Below are positions 38,312 to 48,774 of a stretch of DNA of 64,000 bases, piece by piece. This DNA comes from Penicillus capitatus (lineage: Eukaryota; Plantae; Chlorophyta), in contig OZ287694.1 in assembly GCA_965649825.1 (NCBI GenBank), forward strand, positions 619,197-683,196, read 5' to 3'. The position numbers were made by a program, and so were the translations under genes. How positions within the stretch are numbered: the first letter of the stretch is position 1; each line of letters starts with the position of its first letter. A model generated the notes under the pieces. It was not told where the DNA came from. It worked only from the letters and a program-made list of their open reading frames with translations, and ran no database searches.

Positions 38312-40706
38312 TCACGGCCCATAGTATGCGTCAGACCACGTGCCGTGAAATCCATGACCAATCGTTTGCTCCAAATAAAGAATGGCAATAGGACCACCCG
38401 CAATCTTAGCGGCGTCGAGAATCACGAATTCCGTCTTCTGACGGAATGCATCGTAACAGAAGGCGACAATCCATCCATCCTCCTCCTCCACTCCTCTCGG
38501 TTCTGACAAAAAACATCACCAACCGTTCCTGAGAATGCGTTTTCATGGTTGGCCAGACGCACTTGGTATAAAGCGTGGCTCGCCGACGAAGTAGTGCTCC
38601 CCTTTCGTCCATGTCTCCATGCCTCCGGTTTCGTAGTCGAACTGAGACACGACACGATCAGCGATGCGAAGCACGCATAGGTGGACGCACTTTTCCCAGT
38701 ACTTGTGTCGCGGTGTGTGCATCTGGATACATCAGGGTAACCATATAGATAAAGCGCTGACGTCGTCCGACGTTGTGCGGATTCACACTGGCGAATTCCA
38801 TTGCATGCGTCGTCATCTCTCTCGTCTCCACGCCGCCGTCCGGTGACAGTGTCGTTCGCCTCAACCTAAGAAAAAAGTCACAGCGACAGGAAAGACACTC
38901 GAGATGATTCAGAGACCGTGGGCCCATGTCGATATCAGGTTCGTAGACCTCGAAGCCGGGCGGCTTCTGATCGACAATGCGGCCGAACGGGTATGTCGGA
39001 TAGTGGGTCGCGTCGACGATCACATGACCGTCCTCTTCGAAGGCGTTGATGAAGTGAAACGAGAAGGTTGTCTCCTTGAGCTGCCAACGAACATCAGAGG
39101 GGTCACACAACAATGAGACGGTTGGGTAGCATGGTGTGCATGCATACCTGGTAGACCTTTGGTGCGACGTCCTTCGGTACATGACCGTCGGGTGATGGAC
39201 GAGGCAACAGATGAAGCTGAAACACTCGAGGGTTTCTCGTGTGCCGTCTTTTAATACAGACATCTCACTTCGTGGACGCCGGCATCTTCGAAGTCAAACG
39301 CGTTTCCTGCGCTGGCATTCTGATCGATGAGTTTCTTCATATCCAGTCGCATTGGAAACTGGAGATCGAGTGTTACGAGTGAGGCAATCGCATCGCCGGC
39401 TTTACCTTGTAGAAGACGTAATAGTTTTCAGTGACGCCGACGGAGTGCAAAAGTGAGACTCTGTCAAAGGAATACTTCTGTCGAGCACGAACCTTCAGAT
39501 CTTCGTCAATTTCGCACAGGCTGATATCCGTTCGTATAAATGACGAAGAGAGGGTCGGCTACAGAAAAGAACAGCTCAAAGGACAGTTAAGCGAAATGGA
39601 TTTTGACCACGTATTGCGTCATATGCAAGACAGTGACGTCACGTCGCGCATCGTATACAGCGTCGCCGACGCCGAAAACGGAATCAGCATCCAGATGACG
39701 GCAACCTAGAACGATTGGATAGGTCATTAGCGCTAATGCCATGTGCCAAACGAGAAGGAGTCGCGAGGGCCTCACTGGAATTCTGCGGGGAAGAGAAGAA
39801 CTGCTTCATGCAGAGATGCCATACAGTAGAGAATAGATCTTGCTTCGATCGCGGATCGATCGTCTGCAGTGTATAAGGGTTGAGTACCGTCAAATATGCA
39901 CCCTGCAAAGAAAAGCGTTTGTGAACGACGGCGGTGTCACGCAACAGATGACGATACTTCTTGTGCGATGAGTAGTTTGTTTCCTGCCGCGATCGGCATT
40001 CCGTTTCCTGGGTTTCTGGGAAGGATTGATACAAAGGGTAATCCGCCGTTCTTTGGCACGGATCCGAACACGCCAGTAAACAACCGCCTGCCAGCCTCCT
40101 CTTCGATCATAGAACTGCGTTGCAAGACATGATGCGACTGAGAAGTGCCGCGGGGTCGGCTTTACTGAAGTGTCCGGACAAATCTGGACCGAAAGAAGGC
40201 CTTGCCGTCTCGAATGGCGATGCTTGCGATGACGCCGTTCGCGTCGAAGAACGAACGAAACGTCTCGCCCAAGAACTCAATCTCTCCAGGGCCATTCCTA
40301 TCGCCACGCGTTGGATACGAATGGCATGAGAATCGCGTGTCCGCTACCGGAAGTAGGTGCCGTGCAGCTCTGCCGGAATTTCGCCTTCGACGTTCTCGAC
40401 CCAGTATCCCTCGGGGCATTCTTCGACGGATGTGTAGGCGGAGAAGTAGCGCCTAGAAAAGCACAGAACGGTGCGACGACGACGCGTCATTCGGCAGTAC
40501 TCTATGCAGATGTTTGTTCGTGCACGCTCGTCCTCCGTTTGTTCCGCCAGAGAGGACGGCGACTGGGGACTCGGACGACTGGTGAAAGTGCATTCGGACG
40601 CTTTTGGGATGTCGGCAATGCGCTTGGACGAGCGATTCTTGCGAGAAAAACTGCGCGGAATGCAAAACGTGGTACCAGAGACACTAGCGAGACGAACGGA
40701 TTTCAT
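38312..40706 (-). CDS. Carotenoid cleavage dioxygenase (RPE65/CCD superfamily), probably plastid-targeted, multi-exon
   Basis: Ser/Arg-rich transit-peptide-like start MKSVRLASVSGTTFC. Motifs VEGEIPAELHGTYFRNGPG, FFRSRFVRT, LLHSVGVTENYYVF, FSFHFINAFEEDG, MEFASVNP and EEDGWIV...GHGFHGTW. Confidence 0.92.
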
Positions 40707-42073
40707 GTTAACAGACAACGCGAGGGAGAAAAGTTTAGACTCTGATCTCAAAATACGAACTAAAGATTTTGCGCTCGGGAAATCGATGTTGAACTCCAGT
40801 CATGCTAGTGTCAGCACATGTGGTTCAGGCATTTCGTGCATCCATGATGCATGCCGTAGCTGATGTGACGCGTACCGCTCGAATCGATGCATCTAGTCGA
40901 ACACCGCTTCAAACGATCTTGGCACCAACTGTGTATCGTCGTGCTGCAGTCTCTGGCAATGTTCCCTTAATTCGCGTTCATGATGACCCCGGAAACCAAC
41001 GAAGTGGATGATTCGGTTCGGCGATGTTCATTCGAAGATGGAATTGAGGTGACTGGCGAGTCGCTTCACATGAGGCAGCAAACAATCTCTGCCATCTGGC
41101 AACCTTTTCGTCCGATGAATGTGAGTGGTCTCTCACGTACTTGTCAGTTCGGCAGAAGAACAAAGAGATCCTCGTTGTCGAACTGCCATTAGACAAGATG
41201 AGCTGTCAGGTCATGGATACTGGAACCAAGGGGTAAAGAAGATGACGTGGACATCTCATGCAAAGATGCAGCGAAGAGGTGGGTGATACTCATGACAGTC
41301 GAATACGAGTTAACACGATCCATTGTGTCACATGACGAATGCCATCACAGGAAGACTCTCTGGCATAACATGCGTCTGGCCCCACTCCTGCCAGACGACA
41401 CTGGTATTCAGCATCCTGAGAGAGGTTCTAGCAATGCTTCGTCGTGTCCAAGAGATATCCGACAGAAGCCTTACGATGGTTAGCAGCGTGTGTGGCTGTA
41501 TGGAATCGCGGTCGTGGCGATACGTGGTAACCGTCGTACGAATAAAACCTCCTGCCGACCATTGAGTCGTGTCTTTTCAGTTCGTCTGCTTCGTTCCTCT
41601 CCAACCGAGCTCCAGACCACTGCGACTTGTGTGCGCACCACCTTCCTGTTGTTCGTGCGTTAGTCTGGCTTCGAAACACGCGTCCTTCAAACCGATCGCG
41701 GAAGGCGGAGCAGAACGCAGTCGGAGGTTTGTCGACGGAGGTCGTCCGTTGTTTTCCGCAGTGATCCGACCCTCCCGGAGAGAACGACGACGGGAAGTGG
41801 AACCGCGAGCGCGGAGAACGACGTGTACTGCGAAGTTTGCGTCGTCGAAAAAAAAATCCTAACCGATGCGTCAGAAACCGACGGGTCGTGCGTCGACTCT
41901 CCATGCAAGTAGGCTCTCCTGCGACCGCGCATCGCCTAAGCACGTTTGTTTCTTCAAGGAGGCTCTGAGGCCAATAGATTCCCGAGCGACTGCGATACCG
42001 CGCAGAACATCATCACGTGCAAAGGGCACCATCACCGCGCAGAACATCACCAGGCGAAGAGGGCACCATCAGA

Positions 42074-43045
42074 GTTTCCCTGCCAGCGGCGCCCTCGGGA
42101 AATCCACGTGAGCCGAGTTAGCCATCACACCCAGGGGTCAACGCATGGTTGTGTGTTTCAGATGCAGCTGTCACCTGGTGGTGGCACCTGGCTGAGGCAG
42201 CTCTGCGGTGGGATAGGCGGAGTATGCGTGGACGTGGCGTCATTCTGAAGCGCTGGGCCCGGTCCAAGCCCCTCGTGTTCGGATCTGTCGCCGGTACCTT
42301 GAAGGATGCTGGCTTTGGAGGCCCCCACTCAGGACCCGCATTTCCCTTTTTTCTATAAGGGTCTCTTGTTAGGGTCTTTTCTTTCGTCCTGAGTGGGTTT
42401 TTCAGTTCGCCGTGTTAGACATTAGTTTTTTATTACTTTGTTAGATCCTGCTCTTTCTGTTCTCCTTTCTGTGTTTAGAGTAAGTAGCCTCTTTCTTGAC
42501 TGTACATTAATTTTTTTTACTTTTTCTATGTGTGCTCTGGCGACCTTTCTGTCGCGCTTACTTTATTCATGTTTATTGTTTCCCAATTTTGTTTTGTCTC
42601 ATTCCCTGTGTTTTCCTGTTTGTTACTGTGCTGTTTGGGCTTGAGACCGGCCACCTGCCTTCTTGACTGTGTGTTTCTCTGTTCGTGTTTTATTGCATGT
42701 GTGTTTTTTTATCTATACTGTGTGTTTTGCTTTTTTCTGTCCCTTCTTTGTGTGTTTTTTTTATTAGCGTGCGCGCCGCCTTTGCCTCCTTAGCTGGCTC
42801 TGCAGGGGGAAAGCACAGTGAAGGTGTGGGGTAGGCTTTGCACGGGTCGGTGTCCCTGTCGTGGATGGTGACAGAAGCGGGCCCTGCAAGCTTTCGCTAC
42901 CCCCCAGGTCAGATCCCTACCTCTCTTCTCGCAACTCTACTTGACATGTGTGTCTGCCACTAGGCTGTGGGTCGGGTCGCCGTCCGCCTCCAATGGACAG
43001 CTGGCGATATACTTCACCCGAGGGCGCCGCACGGGCAGAGGAAAC
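42074..43045. mobile_element. Non-autonomous TIR element, copy B
   Basis: Left GTTTCCCTGCCAGCGGCGCCCTCGGG; right CCCGAGGGCGCCGCACGGGCAGAGGAAAC. Same T-rich interior as 2728-3691. Confidence 0.6.
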
Positions 43046-43047
43046 CA

Positions 43048-45063
43048 TGTGTTCGATGCACGAAGACACAGTATCGAATGTCACCCGAGGACGACGCGTG
43101 TCAGCCGTGTCCTCCGAATGCAAACTGTGCATCCGATAGCGTCATTCAGCCGAACCGAGAGTACTGGCATCCGTATCCGTGCTCCGTGCACATGCAGGAA
43201 TGCCTGAGCCAATCTGCGTGCGATTTTGATCGAGAGGCGCAGCTGGTCGCCATCACAAGAGATACGCATGACTGCGATCTCAACGCGGCCACTGAAAGTG
43301 CCTATGCTGAAGAACAATGCAATGAGGTCTCGTTTTCCTTCTCCTAACCCCTTTTCTCCTATCTCTCGTGAAGCAGGGATACAGAGGCCCGCTTTGTGGT
43401 GAATGCAGAAGTGGATACGATCACACGTCTTCTTTGGACTGCGACCGATGCGACAAGGACCTGAGCATTGCCTACCTAGTTCTCTCTGTCGTCGTCGTTT
43501 TGGCACTCAGCAGCTTCGCCATCAGGAGTAGTCTGGGACCAGCTCTATCAAGTGGACAAGACATCGCGCGGCTCCTTCGCCAAGTGCCAGCACGCAAGCT
43601 GATCAGGACCGTTTCTGTTCCGGAAGAACTCCAGTTGGCAGAACTCGGTGGTCCGTCAAGCAGAGTCGTCTCATCAAGGCGCCAGGCGACCGAGATCGCA
43701 GGCAGTCGTGGAAGCGACGAAGATAGCCAACTGTCAGCCGAACTGGCCAAATGGAAACTCGTCGAGATCTTTAAGGTACATACAGCATCAGATGCGGCTC
43801 CGTAAAGAATCTCTGTTTCCAGATCACGGTCAATTTTTTGCAGATGATTTCGGTGGCGATATACATCAGCTCCAACTGGACATCCTCGGCAAAGTCGCTG
43901 ATCTCGGCAACAGGTAGGCCGCCATCGTCCCGCTTTCAGATCTGGGACAGACTGTTCGATGGATAGATGTCGTTGGAGGCACGATGTTGAACACGGCGTC
44001 CTTTTCTATCGGATGTCTCACTCCGGTGGAGGCCGCCTTCCCCCGGTCCATCCTTCCCCCGATCGTCACCATAGCCGCTCCAGTTGCCGCTCTCCTCCTG
44101 CACGGCGTTTTCTGGTTCTGCGTGGCGATGAGATCCGCAGAGAGCTGGGAGTATTTGAAGAAGAGGTGGTCATTGAGCTTCCTTGCAGTTTCCTACCTGA
44201 CCTGTGTCTGGATCACCAAAAACGCCGTGAATGTGCTTTCCTGCGTCCGAGTGCGCCAATCCATCCACACAGGCGCAGAAAGCACGAGCTATCGCTGGAC
44301 ACAGGCAACCACCGTCAAGTGTTTCGCAGGATCCCATACCATCCTTGTCAGTGTCCTTGGCCTACCCGTCCTCCTTTTCTTCACGATCGGATTCCCAGTG
44401 CTGTTGTCGTGGAAGCTACTGAGAAAGAGAAACCGCGATCCCTCGCACGAGAGCTGGTTTATGGATGCCACAGCGTTTCTGTATCGGGCTTACGCCGACA
44501 GGTTTATCTATTGGGAATCCCTTGTCCTGTTCCGAAAAGCGCTGTTGACGATCGTCGTGGCATTTGGATACCACCTAGGATCGAACCTCCAAGCCATCCT
44601 TGCCGTCTGCATCCTGACCACGGCACTGTACCTGCACACGATATGTCATCCCTTCCGAAACGAATTTGCCAGTCTGAATGTGTATGAAGAGGCCGTTCTC
44701 TTTTTCTCGAACATTACCTTTGTCATGGCTCTCTTATTCAATGACGATCGGATCGGAAATGCTCTGAGGGTAGTGCTATCAGTTTTATTTTTTCTGTCGA
44801 TCTGTGGACTGTTGGCTTTCTTGGGCTTTGTCTTTTCTCAGGCAACCTTTGCCTATATGCGTGTCGTACTGGAAATAGAAGAGGTTCCACAGATCGATGC
44901 GCTTGGCAATTTGCGAGTGATGCGCGGGTTCATGATCTTTAAAGTGGCGCAGAATGTCCCTCGCATGAGAAGCTTCATTCGTAAATCCAAAGCCGATGAG
45001 GAGCAAACAAACATTGGCCTGAACGCCAGACGAGATTCGGCGGGTTTCTCCTCAGGATTGTGA
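43048..45063 (+). pseudogene. 5'-truncated receptor (Cys-rich stalk + multi-TM domain), remaining frame intact
   Basis: Starts CVRCTKTQYRMSPEDDACQPCPPNANC two bases after the TIR end. Exons splice to the open 359-aa TM ORF 43984..45063. No upstream signal peptide or beta-helix. It could still be an expressed truncated gene. Confidence 0.75.
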
Positions 45064-45723
45064 CCGTCGCAAACGATGGCCTCGAGCCTGGTATTCATAT
45101 CACAGACGGTTGTCGCGTGTTGTGAGAGATCACTTTGAAAGAATAACACTTTTCGGACTGTTGGCTCCCTGTCATGCGAACTTAGGTTAACGCGACCTTC
45201 AGAATAGTGTCCAGAAAGACGAAAAGGCTATATGAAGATTTCCACTTGCATGCTGCTCAGCCTCGCCTTATTCCGACCCCAATCTCGCCGTTCTTTACCA
45301 TCCGAGAAACGCGCTTGCGGCCTTAACTGTCGAATCTAGGTTTCTCTTCTTGCTAACGGCGAAACCTTTAGCCACTCAATCTCTGCCACGTTTTCTGTTA
45401 ACGCTGGCAGAAAGCGCTCGTGCATGAGATGCAGAAGCGCCTCCATGGCCGTCGGCATCGCCACCGGAATCGACGCCAATTCTTCCAAAGACACCTCCTC
45501 CTACACCATCCCTCTGCTCACCATCGCCCTCTGTGCAAAACCACCTCGGCCGTCGCGGCAAACGCCGCCATGAGTTCCTCCACGGTCGTCATGACTTCGC
45601 TTCGGCACGTCGCAGTCAACGTCACAATCATGGCGTCCATCAACGGCGCCATTAGTGACACGCGGCGGCGCAGCGTCTTCATTACCTCATCATCGCGTTT
45701 CGCTTGTGTTCTTCTGCTCCATC

Positions 45724-46474
45724 ATGGGTCGTCGTCCTGCGCGTTGCTATCGTCAAATCAAGGGCCGTCCGTATCCCGAATCGCGATACTGTCGCGGTGT
45801 GCCCGACCCGAAGATACGTATCTACGACGTGGGTATGAAGAAAGCGCCCGTCGACCAGTTTCCTTATGTCGTCCATCTGGTCAGCTGGGAGAAAGAAAAC
45901 GTCTCGTCGGAGGCGCTCGAGGCAGCGCGCATCGCTGCGAATAAGTATCTGGTGAACAACGCCGGCAAAGAGTCGTTCCATCTGCGCATTCGTGTACATC
46001 CATCCTTTCCACGTCCTGCGCATCAACAAGATGCTCTCCTGTGCTGGCGCCGATCGTCTACAGACCGGAATGCGTGGTGCCTTCGGGAAAGCGGCTGGCG
46101 TCTGCGCCCGAGTCGGCATCGGTACTGTGCTTATGTCCATTCGGTGAGGTCACACGTAAAGGCGGCGCCAAAATGTGTGACATGTGTGTACGGTTAGATG
46201 CAAGGATAATCATGCGGCAGTGGCGGCGGAGAGTCTACGCCGAGCGAAGTTCAAGTTTCCGGGGCGGCAGAAAATCGTCACTGGGCGTAACTGGGGGTTT
46301 ACGCAGTTTTCGCGTGAGGATTACGTCAAGTGGCGTCGATCGGGTCGTGTGATACCGGACGGTGTGACGGCGAAGCTCTTGAGCAACCATGGCCCGCTGA
46401 ACGCCCGACCCACCGAACGGATCTTCACCGAAGCCGCAAGGGCCGGCGGCCGGGCCGTCCACGTCGAAGACTGA
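45724..46474 (+). CDS. RPL10: 60S ribosomal protein L10 (uL16), one intron; apparent +4 frameshift at 45997-46004
   Basis: [37 protein letters not shown]... Removing one CATC restores [32 protein letters not shown]. Intron about 46144-46198, then [26 protein letters not shown]. Confidence 0.95.
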
Positions 46475-46479
46475 TTCGA

Positions 46480-47279
46480 GACATTGCACGAATGCTTTTT
46501 AAAAGCCGAGACATCGAAAGATCCACATCGCAAAGCTGCACCCGACGAGCGCGATCCACGGAAAATGCCGCCTGCGAGATAGCAAGCAAGGTATGAGGCG
46601 TCGCAGGAGTGATGCAAGCGACGGCGCACCCACCTTTCGTGGAGTTTGGATTTGAGAACGTATTTGACGGCCGTCAGCATGATGGACCCCGCCGCTATCA
46701 TCAATAGTAGACTCTTGCTGTACAAACTGACCTGCAGGATTTTGAGAAACGTCGCCAGAACGAGCCAGGATTCGGCTGTCTGCGCGTCGGCAGGTAGCGC
46801 AATCTACAGGAAACCGTTGTTTGCAGATGACGTCTGCGAACGGGCGAGTAACGGACCGCTGCTGGACGCGTTCGCCATTCCTCCAGATCGAATCTGTTCG
46901 TGGACGCTAACGCAGCCAATGCCGCCGAGTCCTGCGACGCAGCGACCTCTCGATGAGAGACGTCACGATGAGATAGGCACCTTCTCTGCTGTTGGCACAT
47001 GTTCTGTCGCCTCGGACGTCTCCGGCGCATCCGTCGACCTCTGCAGCACGATAACGCGTTTGCGAGAGAGAAGAGCGCGACCTGTGCTGGACGTCTGTGC
47101 TGTCGCGAAGGTGGACTGCCTGATGTCTGGCGTCGCACTGCTGATATGCCTCGATGCGGTAGAGGGACACTGATGCGAAGGCGTCGACCAGGATCTCTCG
47201 ATGAACCGTCGTCGGCGGCGGCGGTGCGATTTCGAATCGGTGCTACGCGGAGGCCTTGAACGAAGGCGACGCGGTCCAT
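46480..47279 (-). CDS. Hypothetical small protein, possible organellar targeting and TM segments
   Basis: Open frame 46701..47279 with an Arg/Ser/Ala-rich N-terminus. Candidate spliced hydrophobic exons (SWLVLATFLKILQ; FPWIALVGCSFAMWIF). No family recognised. Confidence 0.3.
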
Positions 47280-47337
47280 CCTGACAATCGCTGTCCGTGG
47301 CGTACGGCATTCCCGACGCCTTCCGTTTCAACCGACG

Positions 47338-48553
47338 ATGCATCCAGCCAGCACCGGTCCAGCCAAGCACTCCGTTGCGGTCGGTCACGAACGGTCCTTG
47401 CGTTTGAGGTCCTCGAAGCGGGTCCTTTCAAGCGGATCCCATTATTCGCGAATTCTTGCGCATTCTCGAGACGTCGAAGGATATCACCATTGCCGTCGCA
47501 GCAGTAAAAGTCCTCACAGGTGCCGTCGCAATAAGAGTGACAACAATCCACTGTCACACATCTGTCACATCACAGGGCGTATCGAAAACACGTCGGCGAC
47601 GACTGTCATGGAGCTGCACAAAGAACTCAGCGAAACGGCCAGCCGTCTGCAACAGTACTCCTCCCATACAGCGGCGACGGCGCCTCAGATGATAATACAC
47701 GTCTCTGTAGGGCCAAGCCGTCGGACATCTCGTTGAAGACAGCGTGTGATCTCTTCCTGCATTACGTCGCCCGCGGTCGCAACGTTCCCGATTTTGAAGT
47801 GCTGAAGAAGCAGTTCATCGATGTGCGTCGTCTTTCTCGCCGCCCGTACAGATGTCCTTGCACTTAGAGAGGCAATGCCTTCGCTGAGATGTCCTTCGAG
47901 GCGCGTCAGGCCATTGCGCATCACGGCAAGCCCTTCATCGAACACGGCAAGACGATTTTGGTCCACGGCTACTCGCGTGTCGTCGTCGCTATCCTCAAAC
48001 ACGCCGCCAGCGAAGTCTCGCAACGATCCGTGCCCTTTGCCGTCTTCATCTTGCCGTCTAGGGTGTGCCCTTTCACGTGGTGCTGACCGAAGGGCGGCCG
48101 AATGGAACGGGCATCGATCTGGCGAAGATCCTCGAGGCGAACAAGATCTCGGCGACGGTGGTGCTGGACAGCGGCGTTGGCTACATTATGGACCGCGTCG
48201 ATTGCGTCTTGGTCGGAGCGGGTGGCATCACACAGAACGGCGGCGTCATCAGCAAGCTGGGCACCTACCAGATCGCCCTGGCCGCGAAGAAACTGAACAA
48301 GCCGTTCTATGTCGCCGCCGAGAGCTACAAGTTTTCGCGTCTCTACCCACTGAACCAGGCGGACGTCCCGAGAGAGGCCGCTCCGGTGGATTTCGGTCCG
48401 CTGCTTCCGCCGGGGATCGAAATCGTCAACCCGACTCGGGACTTCACGCCGCCGGAGTATATCTCTCAGCTCATCACGGATCTCGGCATCCTGCAACCGG
48501 CAGCCGTCAACGACGAACTCTACAAGATGTACTCAAACATTCGAATGAACTAG
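47338..48553 (+). CDS. EIF2B1: Translation initiation factor eIF2B alpha subunit, multi-exon
   Basis: IAVAAVKVL, ILVHGYSRVVVAIL, VLTEGRP, VVLDSGVGYIMDRVDCVLVGAGGITQNGGVISKLGTYQIAL..KPFYVAAESYKFSRLYPLNQ, DFTPPEYISQLITDLGIL. Exact start uncertain. Confidence 0.9.
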
Positions 48554-48774
48554 AAACGCATTGGATCTCCGATACCATCACACCATACCCTCACCGCCGA
48601 TGCGCCCGCCTCGACGCCATCTCGTCTCGCCTTTGACTGAACTGCGTTGCGGGACATTCTATATGTGACGAGAGGGAGTGTGCGTTAGGAAGGCGTCTGT
48701 TGGATGAGCGTGTGCTCGGGCGATGCATCTGTTTGCCATTTTGTTCATCTGGGCGTTCTTGATTAAGGCAATGC

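Larger units (their letters stand above)
41293..45398 (+). repeat. Segmental duplication, copy B (partner 1950-6047)
   Basis: Colinear high similarity to 1950-6047, with the same internal order: unknown segment, TIR element, receptor 3' half, 3' flank. Confidence 0.95.
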
